Of a stretch of 64,000 nucleotides of DNA, positions 36,101 to 46,525 are shown in pieces; the first letter of the stretch is position 1, and each line of letters begins with the position of its first letter. Source of the stretch: Aplysia californica (taxonomy: Eukaryota); the NCBI RefSeq assembly GCF_000002075.1, contig NW_004798220.1:17581-81580 (forward strand), written 5' to 3'. The notes beneath the pieces are model-generated. The model worked only from the letters and a program-made list of their open reading frames with translations, was not told the origin of the DNA and ran no database searches. The position numbers and the translations under genes were made by a program.

Positions 36101-39100
36101 TAAGACGTGATGTCTTTTTCGTTGTAATGCGCATTGAGCATCTTTTAGAAAATGAAAATGCGCAGTATAAATGTTATTTATTATTATTATTATTGGTCGA
36201 GTCAGTATTAACATTTAATATTCTTTGATGCCATCTTGCCCTTTCTCAACTACACTACCAAACCTAGTGATAGATTATGCAAACCGCCTTAACAAAATCT
36301 TCTGGAAACCGATACAGTACGATCTGACTGACGTGAAGTTAGCAAAGGCAGCACTTTATTTTGATGTTACCCTCCAGTGTGCTTTGACAAAGGCCACAGT
36401 CGTGTGGGTCATGCCGCCTACGTGATTCAACCACCCATTTGCCACCGGGCTGCAAAACTGGCACTTGGGCGGCTGAATCACATGGAAATTGGGGACTGGT
36501 GTGATATAGGTGGTTGATTTAGTGAAGGATTGAAACACTTTGCAGTAATCTTTTTAACTCGGGATTTTAACATAAGATGTATCAAAGGTTGTTCTACATA
36601 AACAGATCAAAAAGCGATTTTCGAAAATGTTGTCACTTAGGCGGTTGAATCACATGGCTAGTGATATATAAATAAGCATTTCCCTAAGCAGAAGAAAGAT
36701 TCATAAACTACAAAAACACACAACATGCCCTACTCAGGAGCAAATGCAAAACTTTCAAATGAAAACTAATTCCCCAGTATGGATAAAAGAATGCGGAACT
36801 GCACAGCATTGACACAGTATAACAGCTAAAAGTATGCATCCCATAGGTAGAGAGGTAATAAAGTTTGGATTACAACATGTCAACATAGAACTAAATCTGA
36901 ACAACTACAATTATAGCCGTGTAGACATATATATTGCAAAAGAAAATCATAAAAAGAAGTTAAAACAGGTAAACGTGCTCCCCATTCTGATAAAAAAAAA
37001 ACTGAACATACATGACATTAAAGACAGGAAAAGAAATTTTGCATGCTTTTTTTTCATGTGGAAAAGACCAAATCTTAATTTGCATCAGGAAAAAAAGTCT
37101 GGTCGTTAATTAACATCAGACTGACTAATGGCAAACTTTGAGTAAACAAAGTTCTATATTCAAGCATACATCAAAACTTTTCTATAAAGAACAGTGTTTT
37201 GCCAATGTCAGTCAACTTATATCAATTAAACTCTATGCTAACATCCGAATTCATTATCACTTTAGAGTTTATAAAAAGAGAAAACAATTTTTAAAGGGTT
37301 AAAAAAGAAATAAACTGAAAATGACCACTGGTCCAAAGGCAGTCGTCTCAAATTGACTGACTTTAGAGAAATAAATCGTGCCCCACAAACTAAACCATTT
37401 CATCCAACATTTCCTGCTACTTCTCTCTTCTTGTGTTACATGAAAATCTTACTTTACAAGATAACTATCAAGAGGCCTTAAGACTGCCATCCTCAGTATG
37501 ACACAAAAAACAGGGAGAATTTAAGAAAACAAACTCACAGAGCATTCAGTTCCACAACAACCTTACAACAAACACACATGTAATATTTCAAACTTTGTAC
37601 AATATTTAAACACACAAACCAGTTACTATCATTACCTTAAATGTGACATTGGTATAGAGCAAATACCCAGCTGTGGAATGTGTGATCCCCTTTGGCTTTC
37701 CAGTGCTGCCAGAAGTGTACAGCATGAAAAGTGTATCTTCGCTGTTCCGCTCTTCCACGGGACAGTCTGGCGATTCATGAGCCATGGCCTGCAATAATTG
37801 CAGAGACAGATGCAAATTTATAGAGTGACAAACTTTTTGGTAAAACTTCCAAATTTTGAGGAGAGATAATACAATTTCACAATTACAACACAGTTAAAGA
37901 GATATGAAAGTCAAATTCTTCTGCAGATGAGTAGCATTAGTTGGAGCAAAATTTGTAGTACAGTCAACCTACAGCTTAAGTTTGATATAAGGTTTATGTG
38001 ATGATGGGAATAAAACTTTGTACTTAAGTTCACTTCTGAAACAAGCAAAAATTTCTGGTGAGCTTTTCATACCTCTACCATATCAATGTCCAGTTTTCCC
38101 ATGGGCACTTTTGTTTCAGTCCGATTGTAGACCAGTACTTGCTTAACCCCTGGGCATTTGCTGACTGCAGCATCCACTGTTTGCTTCAGTTCAATGATTC
38201 TACCTCCTCGAACTGTCTGATTAGCTGTCACCACAGTTTGTGCCTCGGCTGTCAATAGTCAGGACAAGTCATGTGAATCAGAAAGCGCAGAGACGTACAT
38301 AGTAAACCTTCCTTCTCTGCCTTCTACTCGAAATTTAAATATGAAAGAGAAAAGCTTCACCAGTACTATAATACCAGTTAAAGATGTCTCAGACTAGACT
38401 TGGCTTTTCCAGCTCACCTTTGCTTTTCTTTATTAGGTAGGAAAACTATAAAATTTGCTCTTTTAGAGAAAGGCTCAACAATTGTTAATCAGATTTTAAG
38501 CATAAAAAACTAACACAAACTTTATCAGACACAAATTCTTACAACCTAATCAAATACAAATGTAAATGAGAAAAAACCACCAACATATAACAATATTCCA
38601 CAAAACGATAAATAGAAACGAGACAAAAACCCCAAGATATAAAAATATTCCACACAACGATATACTAAATGTAAACAAAAAGAACAGATATCATCATCGA
38701 CTAATATAAAAAATTGCATAAGTAAGTAAAATTGACATCACTAGCATTACCATCCTGTATCCTCCCTGCCAAGGCATCAGCACTGAAGCCAGCAAATACA
38801 ACACTGTGTATAGCACCAATCCTGGCACAAGCCAGCATGGTAGCAATTGCCATAGGTGTCTTGGGAAGATAGATTGCCACCCGATCACCAGCCTTAACCC
38901 CACTGTTGCGGAGCAGATTGCCAATTCTGCCAACCATTTCTGACAGTTCTCTGTAAACAAAGGTAGAATTTTTTAATTTTTTTTTCAAAGAAACAAAAAG
39001 TTTCAACGACAGTCTTGGGATATAACTTAGTTTCATAAATCTTTCAAAATATATTGTAGTGCAAGTCAAATTAAATCATACATTTCATTTAAAAATCAAT

Positions 39101-42100
39101 GGTTGATTGCAAACCAATGAATTGCCATATATATGGCACATGCATAAATCGGAACTGCAAAAGAACCAGAGATGGGTTTTGATTCTTACATATGGTTTAC
39201 ATGTCATTAATTTGTCTTTCCAAAGTTTACCATTTTCAGAGAGATCAATTGTAGCCAGGGGGAATATTATAGCTCACAGCTATAAAAAATGCAGTCGCAA
39301 AAATAGTGCTCATTCCATACTTAACATAAGTCACAAGCTTCTAAGAATAAATCCACATATGAATTAAAAATATAAGTAGAAACTATAATGCATAATCCTT
39401 TTCCCCGATATTTCAATAAAAGTGAAACTGGAAAAGTACTTACTGCTTGCAAAATGAGAGTCTGTTAACTCTTTAAACCCCATCGGACACTGGGAGCGTC
39501 CGGCGGTAATAACCCTGCTCCCCAATCAGACACTGGGAGCATCTGATACTAGTGACAACGGTTTCATTTCATTTACAGCTAGTTTTTGCTTGCTTTTCGG
39601 AACAATTCCCAAACCAAGTTTTTTAGTAATTACTTTTTGGGTGACTCAGGCAGTGTCAAAGGCCCAAAAACGAAAAAATTACTAATGTACAGCCATTAAA
39701 AAGACAAATTCTTCACAATCTGAGCATAAAACCTGCAACATGCAGTGTCCTTCCAATATCTTTTTTTTTAAATGCAGACTTCACAACAGACACAAGCTTA
39801 CTTGTAGGTAAGATATACATGAGTGCCAGGTTCATCACGCTCCCAAATTAGAGCAACTTGATCCCCTCTTTCTTTGAGATGCCTATCGACACAATTGACT
39901 GAAAATAAAAAAGGTATCAAGCATAAGGGTGCTAAATGGCCATACGCCAAGGTGTAACAAATATATGCAAAAATTTTACCACAATAGATCAAATGGCTTC
40001 CTTATAACTTCACAAGAAAGCGAGAATACTGATTTTTTAAAAAGATTTTCCAAAAAAAAACAGCAAAAAAAATAAAATTATTTTTCTTACTTTGCACTTC
40101 TTTAGTCCAAATTAAATAAAAGCTTTGGTATAACATGATATTCTTACTCTGATATAAGCAAATTATTCATGAGTTCTGTCTTCGCAGCTCTCCAATTTTT
40201 TTCTGCTCCCTTTTGCTGCCTCCGATGATCTTCCAGCTTATTTTTTATAGCATTAGTATTCATTTTTGGCAGAGCGCAGAATTTGATCTTGTAAAATGAC
40301 CTGGGGTAACATCAAGTTCATACAGGGCCTCACAACTGACACGTCACCGTCATATTCACTGTAATGTGCTTTATGAAAAGGTACATTGTTTGCCCCACAC
40401 TGGATCACACTAAGGTGTGAACTCGTCATCACATTTATTTTCCCAAAACAACAGGCTCGCATCTGAGCTCTCCATCTAAGCTTACATCACACGTTTAGAG
40501 GATAGGGACAAATTCGCTCTGGTCCAGGCGGTATGACATCAAGCTGTGAACTCTTCCCTAACCATTGCAGCTGTTGTCTCTACTCCTGAATTTGCGAGAG
40601 AGACTGAATTTTAATTGGTGTGGTCGCAACACAATGGTGCGTAACGACAAAGGGGATGGAAAGCTATCAATTTCGAATATATGTAAAGGGGAGGAGCAAC
40701 TGGATATATAAGCGTACATCTTGAGACTCACGATAGGATAATTAAGTGAAAATGGCATGCCTCATGCCCCTATGATTGGTCATCAAGGTTGACCACTCTT
40801 TGCTCGCCTAAAGTCATGATAAGCACACCCAGGGGTCATGTTAGTGCCTGAACATGGGTCACTGTGGACTCTTCCCTTGCTTCATCATAGACTAAGATCT
40901 CATATTTTCCTTGCTCCCGAGCACCAAGAGACTACTGTATTGATACCAGATTGTCTAGGACATCCACGTATAAGACAACCAGTTTTCTAACAATGGGTGG
41001 CTATTCTGGACAATTTTTACAGTATTTGAAAGAGGGAGAAAGAGGAGAGAGAGGAAGAGAAGAGAGGAGAGAGAGAGGAAGAGAAGAGAGGAGAGAGAGA
41101 GAGAGAGAGAGANNNNNNNNNNNNNNNNNNNNNNNNNNNNNNNNNNNNNNNNNNNNNNNNNNNNNNNNNNNNNNNNNNNNNNNNNNNNNNNNNNNNNNNN
41201 NNNNNNNNNNNNNNNNNNNNNNNNNNNNNNNNNNNNNNNNNNNNNNNNNNNNNNNNNNNNNNNNNNNNNNNNNNNNNNNNNNNNNNNNNNNNNNNNNNNN
41301 NNNNNNNNNNNNNNNNNNNCCCTCCCCCATAAATAATTTAAACTATAGAGCATAACATCCAGGGTCACCACAAAGTCCCAACTATGTAATAACTTACAGG
41401 AAAAGGAAACACAGTGAACTGTGGTTGTTGCAATCTGCGATGACTTTGGGGATTTTCCCATACAGTTGAACCTGCCTTGAAGATCACCTGTACTAACGGC
41501 CACTTATATAAATCTATTTTTAATTTTTAAACTGTCCATAACAGTTCCAAATGTAAGAGGAGTTTCCCAAGAATTAAGTGGCAGGGTAGAATAAGAAATG
41601 AAGTGCCGAAGCACTGTGGGAAAGGACAGGACAAAAGGATATAGAAGTAGAAATAGGACTAAGAAAGTGGCTATGGATGGGACACACCATCAGAAAGCAC
41701 AGAGGAAATATCACAAGACAGTCGCTGCAATGGAACCCACAGGGAGCACGAGGTAGGGGTATGCCACGGGAAACATGGAGGAGATGAGTGGAAAGGGACA
41801 TGAGAGAGATGAAGCTCACTTGGAACGAGCTTGAAAGGATGGCCCAGGACAGAATGGAAGAAGCTTGTATGTGGCCTATACCCGGCCAGGGGTGGAAGGC
41901 ATTGATGATGATAGAGTTTCTGACCATCACTGCCACAATGAGTCATTTTCGAGATTATCTGACTCACAAGCTGCTCATAGCAGTCATTTGCTACAAAAGT
42001 TTTTCACATACCCAGCCTCAGAATGATTTATAGTACATTCAGGCGCAGTTCGTCCATAGAGCACAGTCGTGCAGTGCTGCCCAAAATTTTTTATTGTTTT

Positions 42101-45070
42101 TTTACGTAAAGCACCCTCAATAATAAAATAAAAGACGCCAGAAACAAAAATACTAGTCAAATATTATTTCAAACCAAGGTCCTTGCTGGCGCCGTTACTG
42201 TCATTTCTATCTATAGCGCCATAAAACAAAGCCCACGCGCTTTAACTAAACGTAATTAATAGGAGATTCAACAGTGATAACCTGACCTATAAATTGCTCT
42301 TTGGGACAACCCAAGCGATGATGACACTCGTAGCGAGTTTGGCGGTACATTAATATTAATAAGTCGGCACATCTCAAATGTGCTCCTGCCGAATAGTGCC
42401 GAAACATAGCCCACAGTAGGCAGTCTAAAAATAAACGCCATAGACTGTACACTATTCTGTGTCGAAATTATGTGAGCCCCGGAGCAATTTAGCAGTGCTC
42501 AAGTGAATTCTGATTGGTTCATTGTCTTGCCACTAGGCTATTTTAAGTGACTCTGTGACCGTGAACCTGAGAGAGGTGAACGTGACATACTCAAGTCACC
42601 ATCCTATGAAAGCTGTGTCTTTGAATGGTTTTGTTGTGGAGTGGTGAAAGTTATTACCGGGTACTAGAGTGTTCAGTTCTAACGCAAGATGAACTAAATT
42701 GATGTTTAGCTAGCTAACTAACAGATTTAGTTCTAGAAATCAAAGTGACAAGTAAAAGGAATGAAAATAAAAGCACGAGGTCCTCCCTCACCAACCCAAA
42801 GATCCTAAAATTATACACCATCCCATACAATGCTCTTGGATATCTTCAGCTTGTGATAGCTTAATTAAATGTGCACGCCCACTTTTTAGCCCCATGAGCC
42901 GCCCCTGAGTACATTATAATTCACCTCCTAAGTGAAGGACTCCACCACATGTCAATTTGAAAATTTAAGTATGACGGCTGACGGGAGTCTTACACAGACT
43001 GAGCGGTCAATATGTTCAATCAGCACAAAGAAACAGCTGCTGGGCTAAATTGCTTGGCTGAGCACTGTATACTCACTAAACAAAAGGGAAAGGGGGGGNN
43101 NNNNNNNNNNNNNNNNNNNNNNNNNNNNNNNNNNNNNNNNNNNNNNNNNNNNNNNNNNNNNNNNNNNNNNNNNNNNNNNNNNNNNNNNNNNNNNNNNNNN
43201 NNNNNNNNNNNNNNNNNNNNNNNNNNNNNNNNNNNNNNNNNNNNNNNNNNNNNNNNNNNNNNNNNNNNNNNNNNNNNNNNNNNNNNNNNNNNNNNNNNNN
43301 NNNNNNNNNNNNNNNNNNNNNNNNNNNNNNNNNNNNNNNNNNNNNNNNNNNNNNNNNNNNNNNNNNNNNNNNNNNNNNNNNNNNNNNNNNNNNNNNNNNN
43401 NNNNNNNNNNNNNNNNNNNNNNNNNNNNNNNNNNNNNNNNNNNNNNNNNNNNNNNNNNNNNNNNNNNNNNNNNNNNNNNNNNNNNNNNNNNNNNNNNNNN
43501 NNNNNNNNNNNNNNNNNNNNNNNNNNNNNNNNNNNNNNNNNNNNNNNNNNNNNNNNNNNNNNNNNNNNNNNNNNNNNNNNNNNNNNNNNNNNNNNNNNNN
43601 NNNNNNNNNNNNNNNNNNNNNNNNNNNNNNNNNNNNNNNNNNNNNNNNNNNNNNNNNNNNNNNNNNNNNNNNNNNNNNNNNNNNNNNNNNNNNNNNNNNN
43701 NNNNNNNNNNNNNNNNNNNNNNNNNNNNNNNNNNNNNNNNNNNNNNNNNNNNNNNNNNNNNNNNNNNNNNNNNNNNNNNNNNNNNNNNNNNNNNNNNNNN
43801 NNNNNNNNNNNNNNNNNNNNNNNNNNNNNNNNNNNNNNNNNNNNNNNNNNNNNNNNNNNNNNNNNNNNNNNNNNNNNNNNNNNNNNNNNNNNNNNNNNNN
43901 NNNNNNNNNNNNNNNNNNNTTTGCCCCCTTCTCTGGGCTCCTGACTTTTTCTGTAGCCTTTCTATTGCTACTCCTTAATCTTACTGCTGCCTTTCAGCCA
44001 CACCCTTGATCTTATGGAAGGTAAGAGTAAGAGCGAACAACTAGCCTTCTCGGATAAAAGGGGGGGAAAAAATCTCGATAGTTGCATTTATGTGCAATTA
44101 AGTTTTAAGCGCTCGCGCGAGTTAAAAATCCCTTGGTGGTCTTAAAATCTATGCTTTGCCCTCCACCCGCGCAAAATTCAAAATTCTTATATCAAACTGA
44201 AAATGTTCAAGGTGTATCCCACACGCTCAAGACCTTATATATAGATCTATATGCAGACTTTGCAAGCACCATAAAACACTTAAAAACAAAAAAACAAAAA
44301 AAATTTAAACACTGTTGCAAATTAATCATGAGTGATTTACGCAGTCAGGCTTAGATTGTAATATAAATAGATCTAGATCTAGATTTAGATCCAGATCTAG
44401 ATCTAGCTCAATTTAAAAGCACATCAAATATTTCAAAAAGATTAATTTGCGGCAGAAATGAAGTTGAAATATGTCGTGTTCAGTGCATCAGTAAAAAGTA
44501 GAGTATAGACACGATGTAGGCCTTCTATCTGTTTATATCCAAGTGTGAGACGGGAATGAAAATGAAAGAATTTTATATAGAATCTATATTAGATCTAATC
44601 TAGATCTAGATCTAGACTAAATCTAGATTAGATCTAGACTTCTATATAGAGAGATCTTTACCAAAGTCAAAACAAAGTAAGAAAAAGAACCATTTAGAAA
44701 ACCTCTCCAGCGAGCAAATAGGCCTAAGTTTCCATGTCAACTTCTGCAACTAAACGTTACCTGAAGCATTGAGTGTTCCCTCTACGAACCACTCAAGTTG
44801 GCCTGTCTTGAAGTCGCACTTGCTGACTGTCGAAAAGTCTTTATTCCATGTTAGCCTTGATCTGGCTAACCTCGACCAAAACGTGTCTGGTTGTTCAAGA
44901 CTGAATTTGTGCAAATCTTCATGCGTCTTTATGTCAACAAGGTCATCAAACTCTGGAAAGGGTGTTGTGGAAATGCATCTTGCAGCACATCCTTTCCTCT
45001 GCAAACTTCTAAGGAGTAAATGCCTTGATTTTGTTGTCAAACTGAAACCAACTGCTCCGAACATACTCAT
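20940..45070 (-). CDS. ACSS1: Acetyl-CoA synthetase 2-like, mitochondrial; 14 coding exons, 2037 nt, 678 aa
   Basis: Exon sizes 310/97/200/176/153/148/138/93/113/127/128/64/122/168, all GT-AG and in phase. Motifs [61 protein letters not shown]. The N-terminus is Arg/Ser-rich and lacks acidic residues, like a transit peptide. Confidence 0.93.
21275..21939. mobile_element. Non-autonomous piggyBac-like element in ACSS1 intron 13
   Basis: TTAA|CCC ... GGG|TTAA; minus-strand acidic remnant MSDSS...DDSDEEFEG. Confidence 0.65.
21997..22118 (-). CDS. ACSS1: ACSS1 exon 13
   Basis: GIYAYVVLK...[11 protein letters not shown]. Confidence 0.93.
22801..22864 (-). CDS. ACSS1: ACSS1 exon 12
   Basis: [21 protein letters not shown]. 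Confidence 0.93.
23089..23778 (+). mobile_element. 5'-truncated RTE-clade LINE
   Basis: FCYLGSII...[16 protein letters not shown] and [13 protein letters not shown] motifs; (TGA)n tail; 13-bp TSD ATGTCTCCCTTCA (23076-23088, 23779-23791). Confidence 0.92.
23866..24280. mobile_element. About 400-bp MITE; other copies at 55905-56310 and (partial) 11905-12165
   Basis: TIR core AATCAGGCGCTCGTCAA / TTGACGAGCGCCTGATT; interiors are colinear. Confidence 0.8.
24529..25308. mobile_element. Sola2-like non-autonomous element
   Basis: ATAT|GAGCCTTTGCCAATAGGTGGG ... CCCACCTATAGGCAAAAGCTC|ATAT: GAG termini with a 4-bp TSD. Confidence 0.65.
25452..25579 (-). CDS. ACSS1: ACSS1 exon 11
   Basis: YYTGDGA...[23 protein letters not shown]. 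Confidence 0.95.
26417..26543 (-). CDS. ACSS1: ACSS1 exon 10
   Basis: [28 protein letters not shown]. Confidence 0.93.
27322..28921. mobile_element. Tc1/mariner (pogo-like) MITE interrupted by a LINE
   Basis: Colinear with 31958-32783 on both sides of the LINE. Confidence 0.8.
27611..28420 (-). mobile_element. 3' fragment of an RNase H-encoding non-LTR retrotransposon
   Basis: PVIYTDGSV...[29 protein letters not shown]; its 3' end recurs at about 57986-58093. Confidence 0.85.
29514..29626 (-). CDS. ACSS1: ACSS1 exon 9
   Basis: [30 protein letters not shown]. Confidence 0.93.
29959..30051 (-). CDS. ACSS1: ACSS1 exon 8
   Basis: [13 protein letters not shown]...DTWWQT. Confidence 0.95.
30770..31240 (+). 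mobile_element. Decayed LINE ORF2 C-terminal fragment (I/Nimb-like)
   Basis: Degenerate CCHC knuckle [18 protein letters not shown] with frameshifts. Confidence 0.45.
31958..32783. mobile_element. Tc1/mariner (pogo-like) MITE
   Basis: TA|gAGTGGAACTCGGATTCAACGAG ... CTCGTTGAATCCGAGTTCCACTG|TA; repeated GTTGAATCCG subterminal motifs. Confidence 0.88.
32827..32964 (-). CDS. ACSS1: ACSS1 exon 7
   Basis: [11 protein letters not shown]...[10 protein letters not shown]...[10 protein letters not shown]; not in the ORF track, translated by hand. Confidence 0.93.
34244..34391 (-). CDS. ACSS1: ACSS1 exon 6
   Basis: [19 protein letters not shown]...PDP. Confidence 0.95.
34453..36663. mobile_element. 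CACTA/EnSpm-type element (decayed) in ACSS1 intron 5
   Basis: 30-bp TIR CACTAGCCGCGTGATTCAACCGCTTAAGTG, 3 mismatches to the right end; 2-bp TSD AT. Confidence 0.8.
35490..36194 (+). mobile_element. L2-like LINE 3' end nested in the CACTA element
   Basis: [26 protein letters not shown]2 end; TGTAATGCGCATTGAG...GCGCAGTATAAAT(TTA)n tail. Confidence 0.6.
37636..37788 (-). CDS. ACSS1: ACSS1 exon 5
   Basis: AMP-binding loop [12 protein letters not shown]. Confidence 0.95.
38073..38248 (-). CDS. ACSS1: ACSS1 exon 4
   Basis: [22 protein letters not shown]... Confidence 0.93.
38751..38950 (-). CDS. ACSS1: ACSS1 exon 3
   Basis: GDRVAIYLP...[17 protein letters not shown]. Confidence 0.95.
39802..39898 (-). 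CDS. ACSS1: ACSS1 exon 2
   Basis: VNCVDRH...LIWERDEPG...TY; AG/GT boundaries. Confidence 0.93.
40380..40937 (-). mobile_element. Second copy of the CAGTAGTCTC element
   Basis: Inverted homology to 6492-7070; GAGACTACTG|TA end. Confidence 0.7.
41030..41112. repeat. GA-rich simple repeat
   Basis: Read directly; abuts a gap. Confidence 0.9.
41597..41912 (+). mobile_element. RTE LINE 3' fragment
   Basis: [12 protein letters not shown]...[20 protein letters not shown]...AQDR followed by a (TGA)n tail. Confidence 0.85.
42040..42907. mobile_element. Non-autonomous hAT element
   Basis: CAGG...CCTG termini; perfect 8-bp TSD AGTACATT (42032-42039, 42908-42915). Confidence 0.85.
44761..45070 (-). 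CDS. ACSS1: ACSS1 exon 1
   Basis: MSMFGAVG...[10 protein letters not shown]; donor G|gtaacg. Confidence 0.9.
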
Positions 45071-46444
45071 ACTGACTGACAATTTGTCTCACGAGCTAAA
45101 AGTGAAGAGAATAGAAACAGCCTCACGCACACGAAGCTGCTTCCTCGATCCAACAGCCCAACACAGGAAGGTCAGTGGGATAAAAGTCTACTGTTGTGTA
45201 GATTCTTAATCTTACATTGGCCTTGGCTAGAGTCTACTGAATTTCAGGACACCGATGACCGTTGAACTGAACAGTGAACAACGGATTGCTCGATTAATCG
45301 TAAATTGTAATCTTAGTAGAATAAACCGATGTTTTGGTTCGCCGAACACATTATTTTTTCTCGCTTTTTTACGGGTATCCTAACGTTTCTTCAAGGCTTA
45401 AAACTCCTTCAAATAAGTTCATGGTATTCTTAAAACCAACTAAAAGGTCATCAACAGCTGTTGAATAATTCCATGAAGATATAATATAGTCTACCAGAGG
45501 TGAGTTAAAGTGGTGCAAAAGACGTATAAACGGTACCTTTGAATTTTTGATTATTTGGGGTTATACGTAATCTTATGAATACATGTATTTTAATCGCAAA
45601 GGGGGAAACTGGGTGGGATGGGGGGCGTATGGACTGCAGTGGTTGGTCTCAAGAAAAAAAAGCGGTTTTGAAGATCCTGTCTATTTCTTAATGTGCTACT
45701 TTTCCAGGGGATATGACTGACTGATCAGTCACGGTGGTGAATAATGAACACCTTGATTACAGGTCTCATGTTATGTTTAGGCCTAGATTATCATTATAGC
45801 TGGCTGTATCAAGAACTCTTAGATAATGTAGCCCTTTTGATTAATTGCTGTCATAGATTTACAAAAGGAGATAACTCTGTGATTGCTGCATTTGAACTAA
45901 TATGTTCTTTGTGAGGTTTAAAAAATCTCAAATGGTAGGCCTAATTACAAGTAACATGTCGTATTTAAAATTAAACTCGTGCATATATTCGAAGTTCGAA
46001 TGGTTCGCAGGTGACAGTATGAATACTCCAATTAATCGAATACTTTCGGTCACGGTGATTGTGCAGTTTGTAAACAAACCATGCCATGGGCCTAGATTTC
46101 TGATTTGAGGGGGTAGGTGTCTCAAAGAAGGTTGGGTTTTTTTCAACCGTTCTGATGAATGTTAGGTAAAACGCAAACATAATGAAGTATTAGATCCTCC
46201 TTCGTTTGCCCCGGCATTCAAATTCTAAATTTTAGAGCCAAGAGGTGTATACAGACTGAAATGTGGGTGGGACAGCCTCTATTAAATTTTAGTATTTTAG
46301 GCAGCCAGGCAAGCTGACCTTGACCTCGGAACGCTCGATTTAGGCTAGCCTATTTCCAAATTCGTTGTTCCAGCGTTCCAGCCAGGGGCAAGGGCGGCTA
46401 CTCTGAAACAAAACAGATTTGGGAAGCCGACATTATCCGACAAG
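45071..46444. promoter_or_regulatory. Divergent promoter and 5'UTR region between ACSS1 and cornichon
   Basis: The start codons are about 1.37 kb apart, head-to-head. TGACCTTGACCT at 46315-46326; CAAGATGGCG spans the cornichon ATG. Confidence 0.6.
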
Positions 46445-46525
46445 ATGGCGTTTACCTTTGCTGCATTTTGTTATATTCTTGCTTTGATACTGACGGCGGT
46501 GCTTATCTTCTTTGTAATTTTCCAT
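46445..46525 (+). CDS. CNIH1: Cornichon exon 1
   Basis: MAFTFAAFCYILALILTAVLIFFVIFH|gtaagc. Confidence 0.93.

Noticed and set aside
45071-45082. ACSS1 start at 45082 as given in the ORF track
   Set aside because: That codon is TTG; the first in-frame ATG is at 45070.
44769-45209. 146-aa plus-strand ORF and other antisense ORFs over exons
   Set aside because: Shadows of real exons with non-ATG starts or no recognisable motifs.
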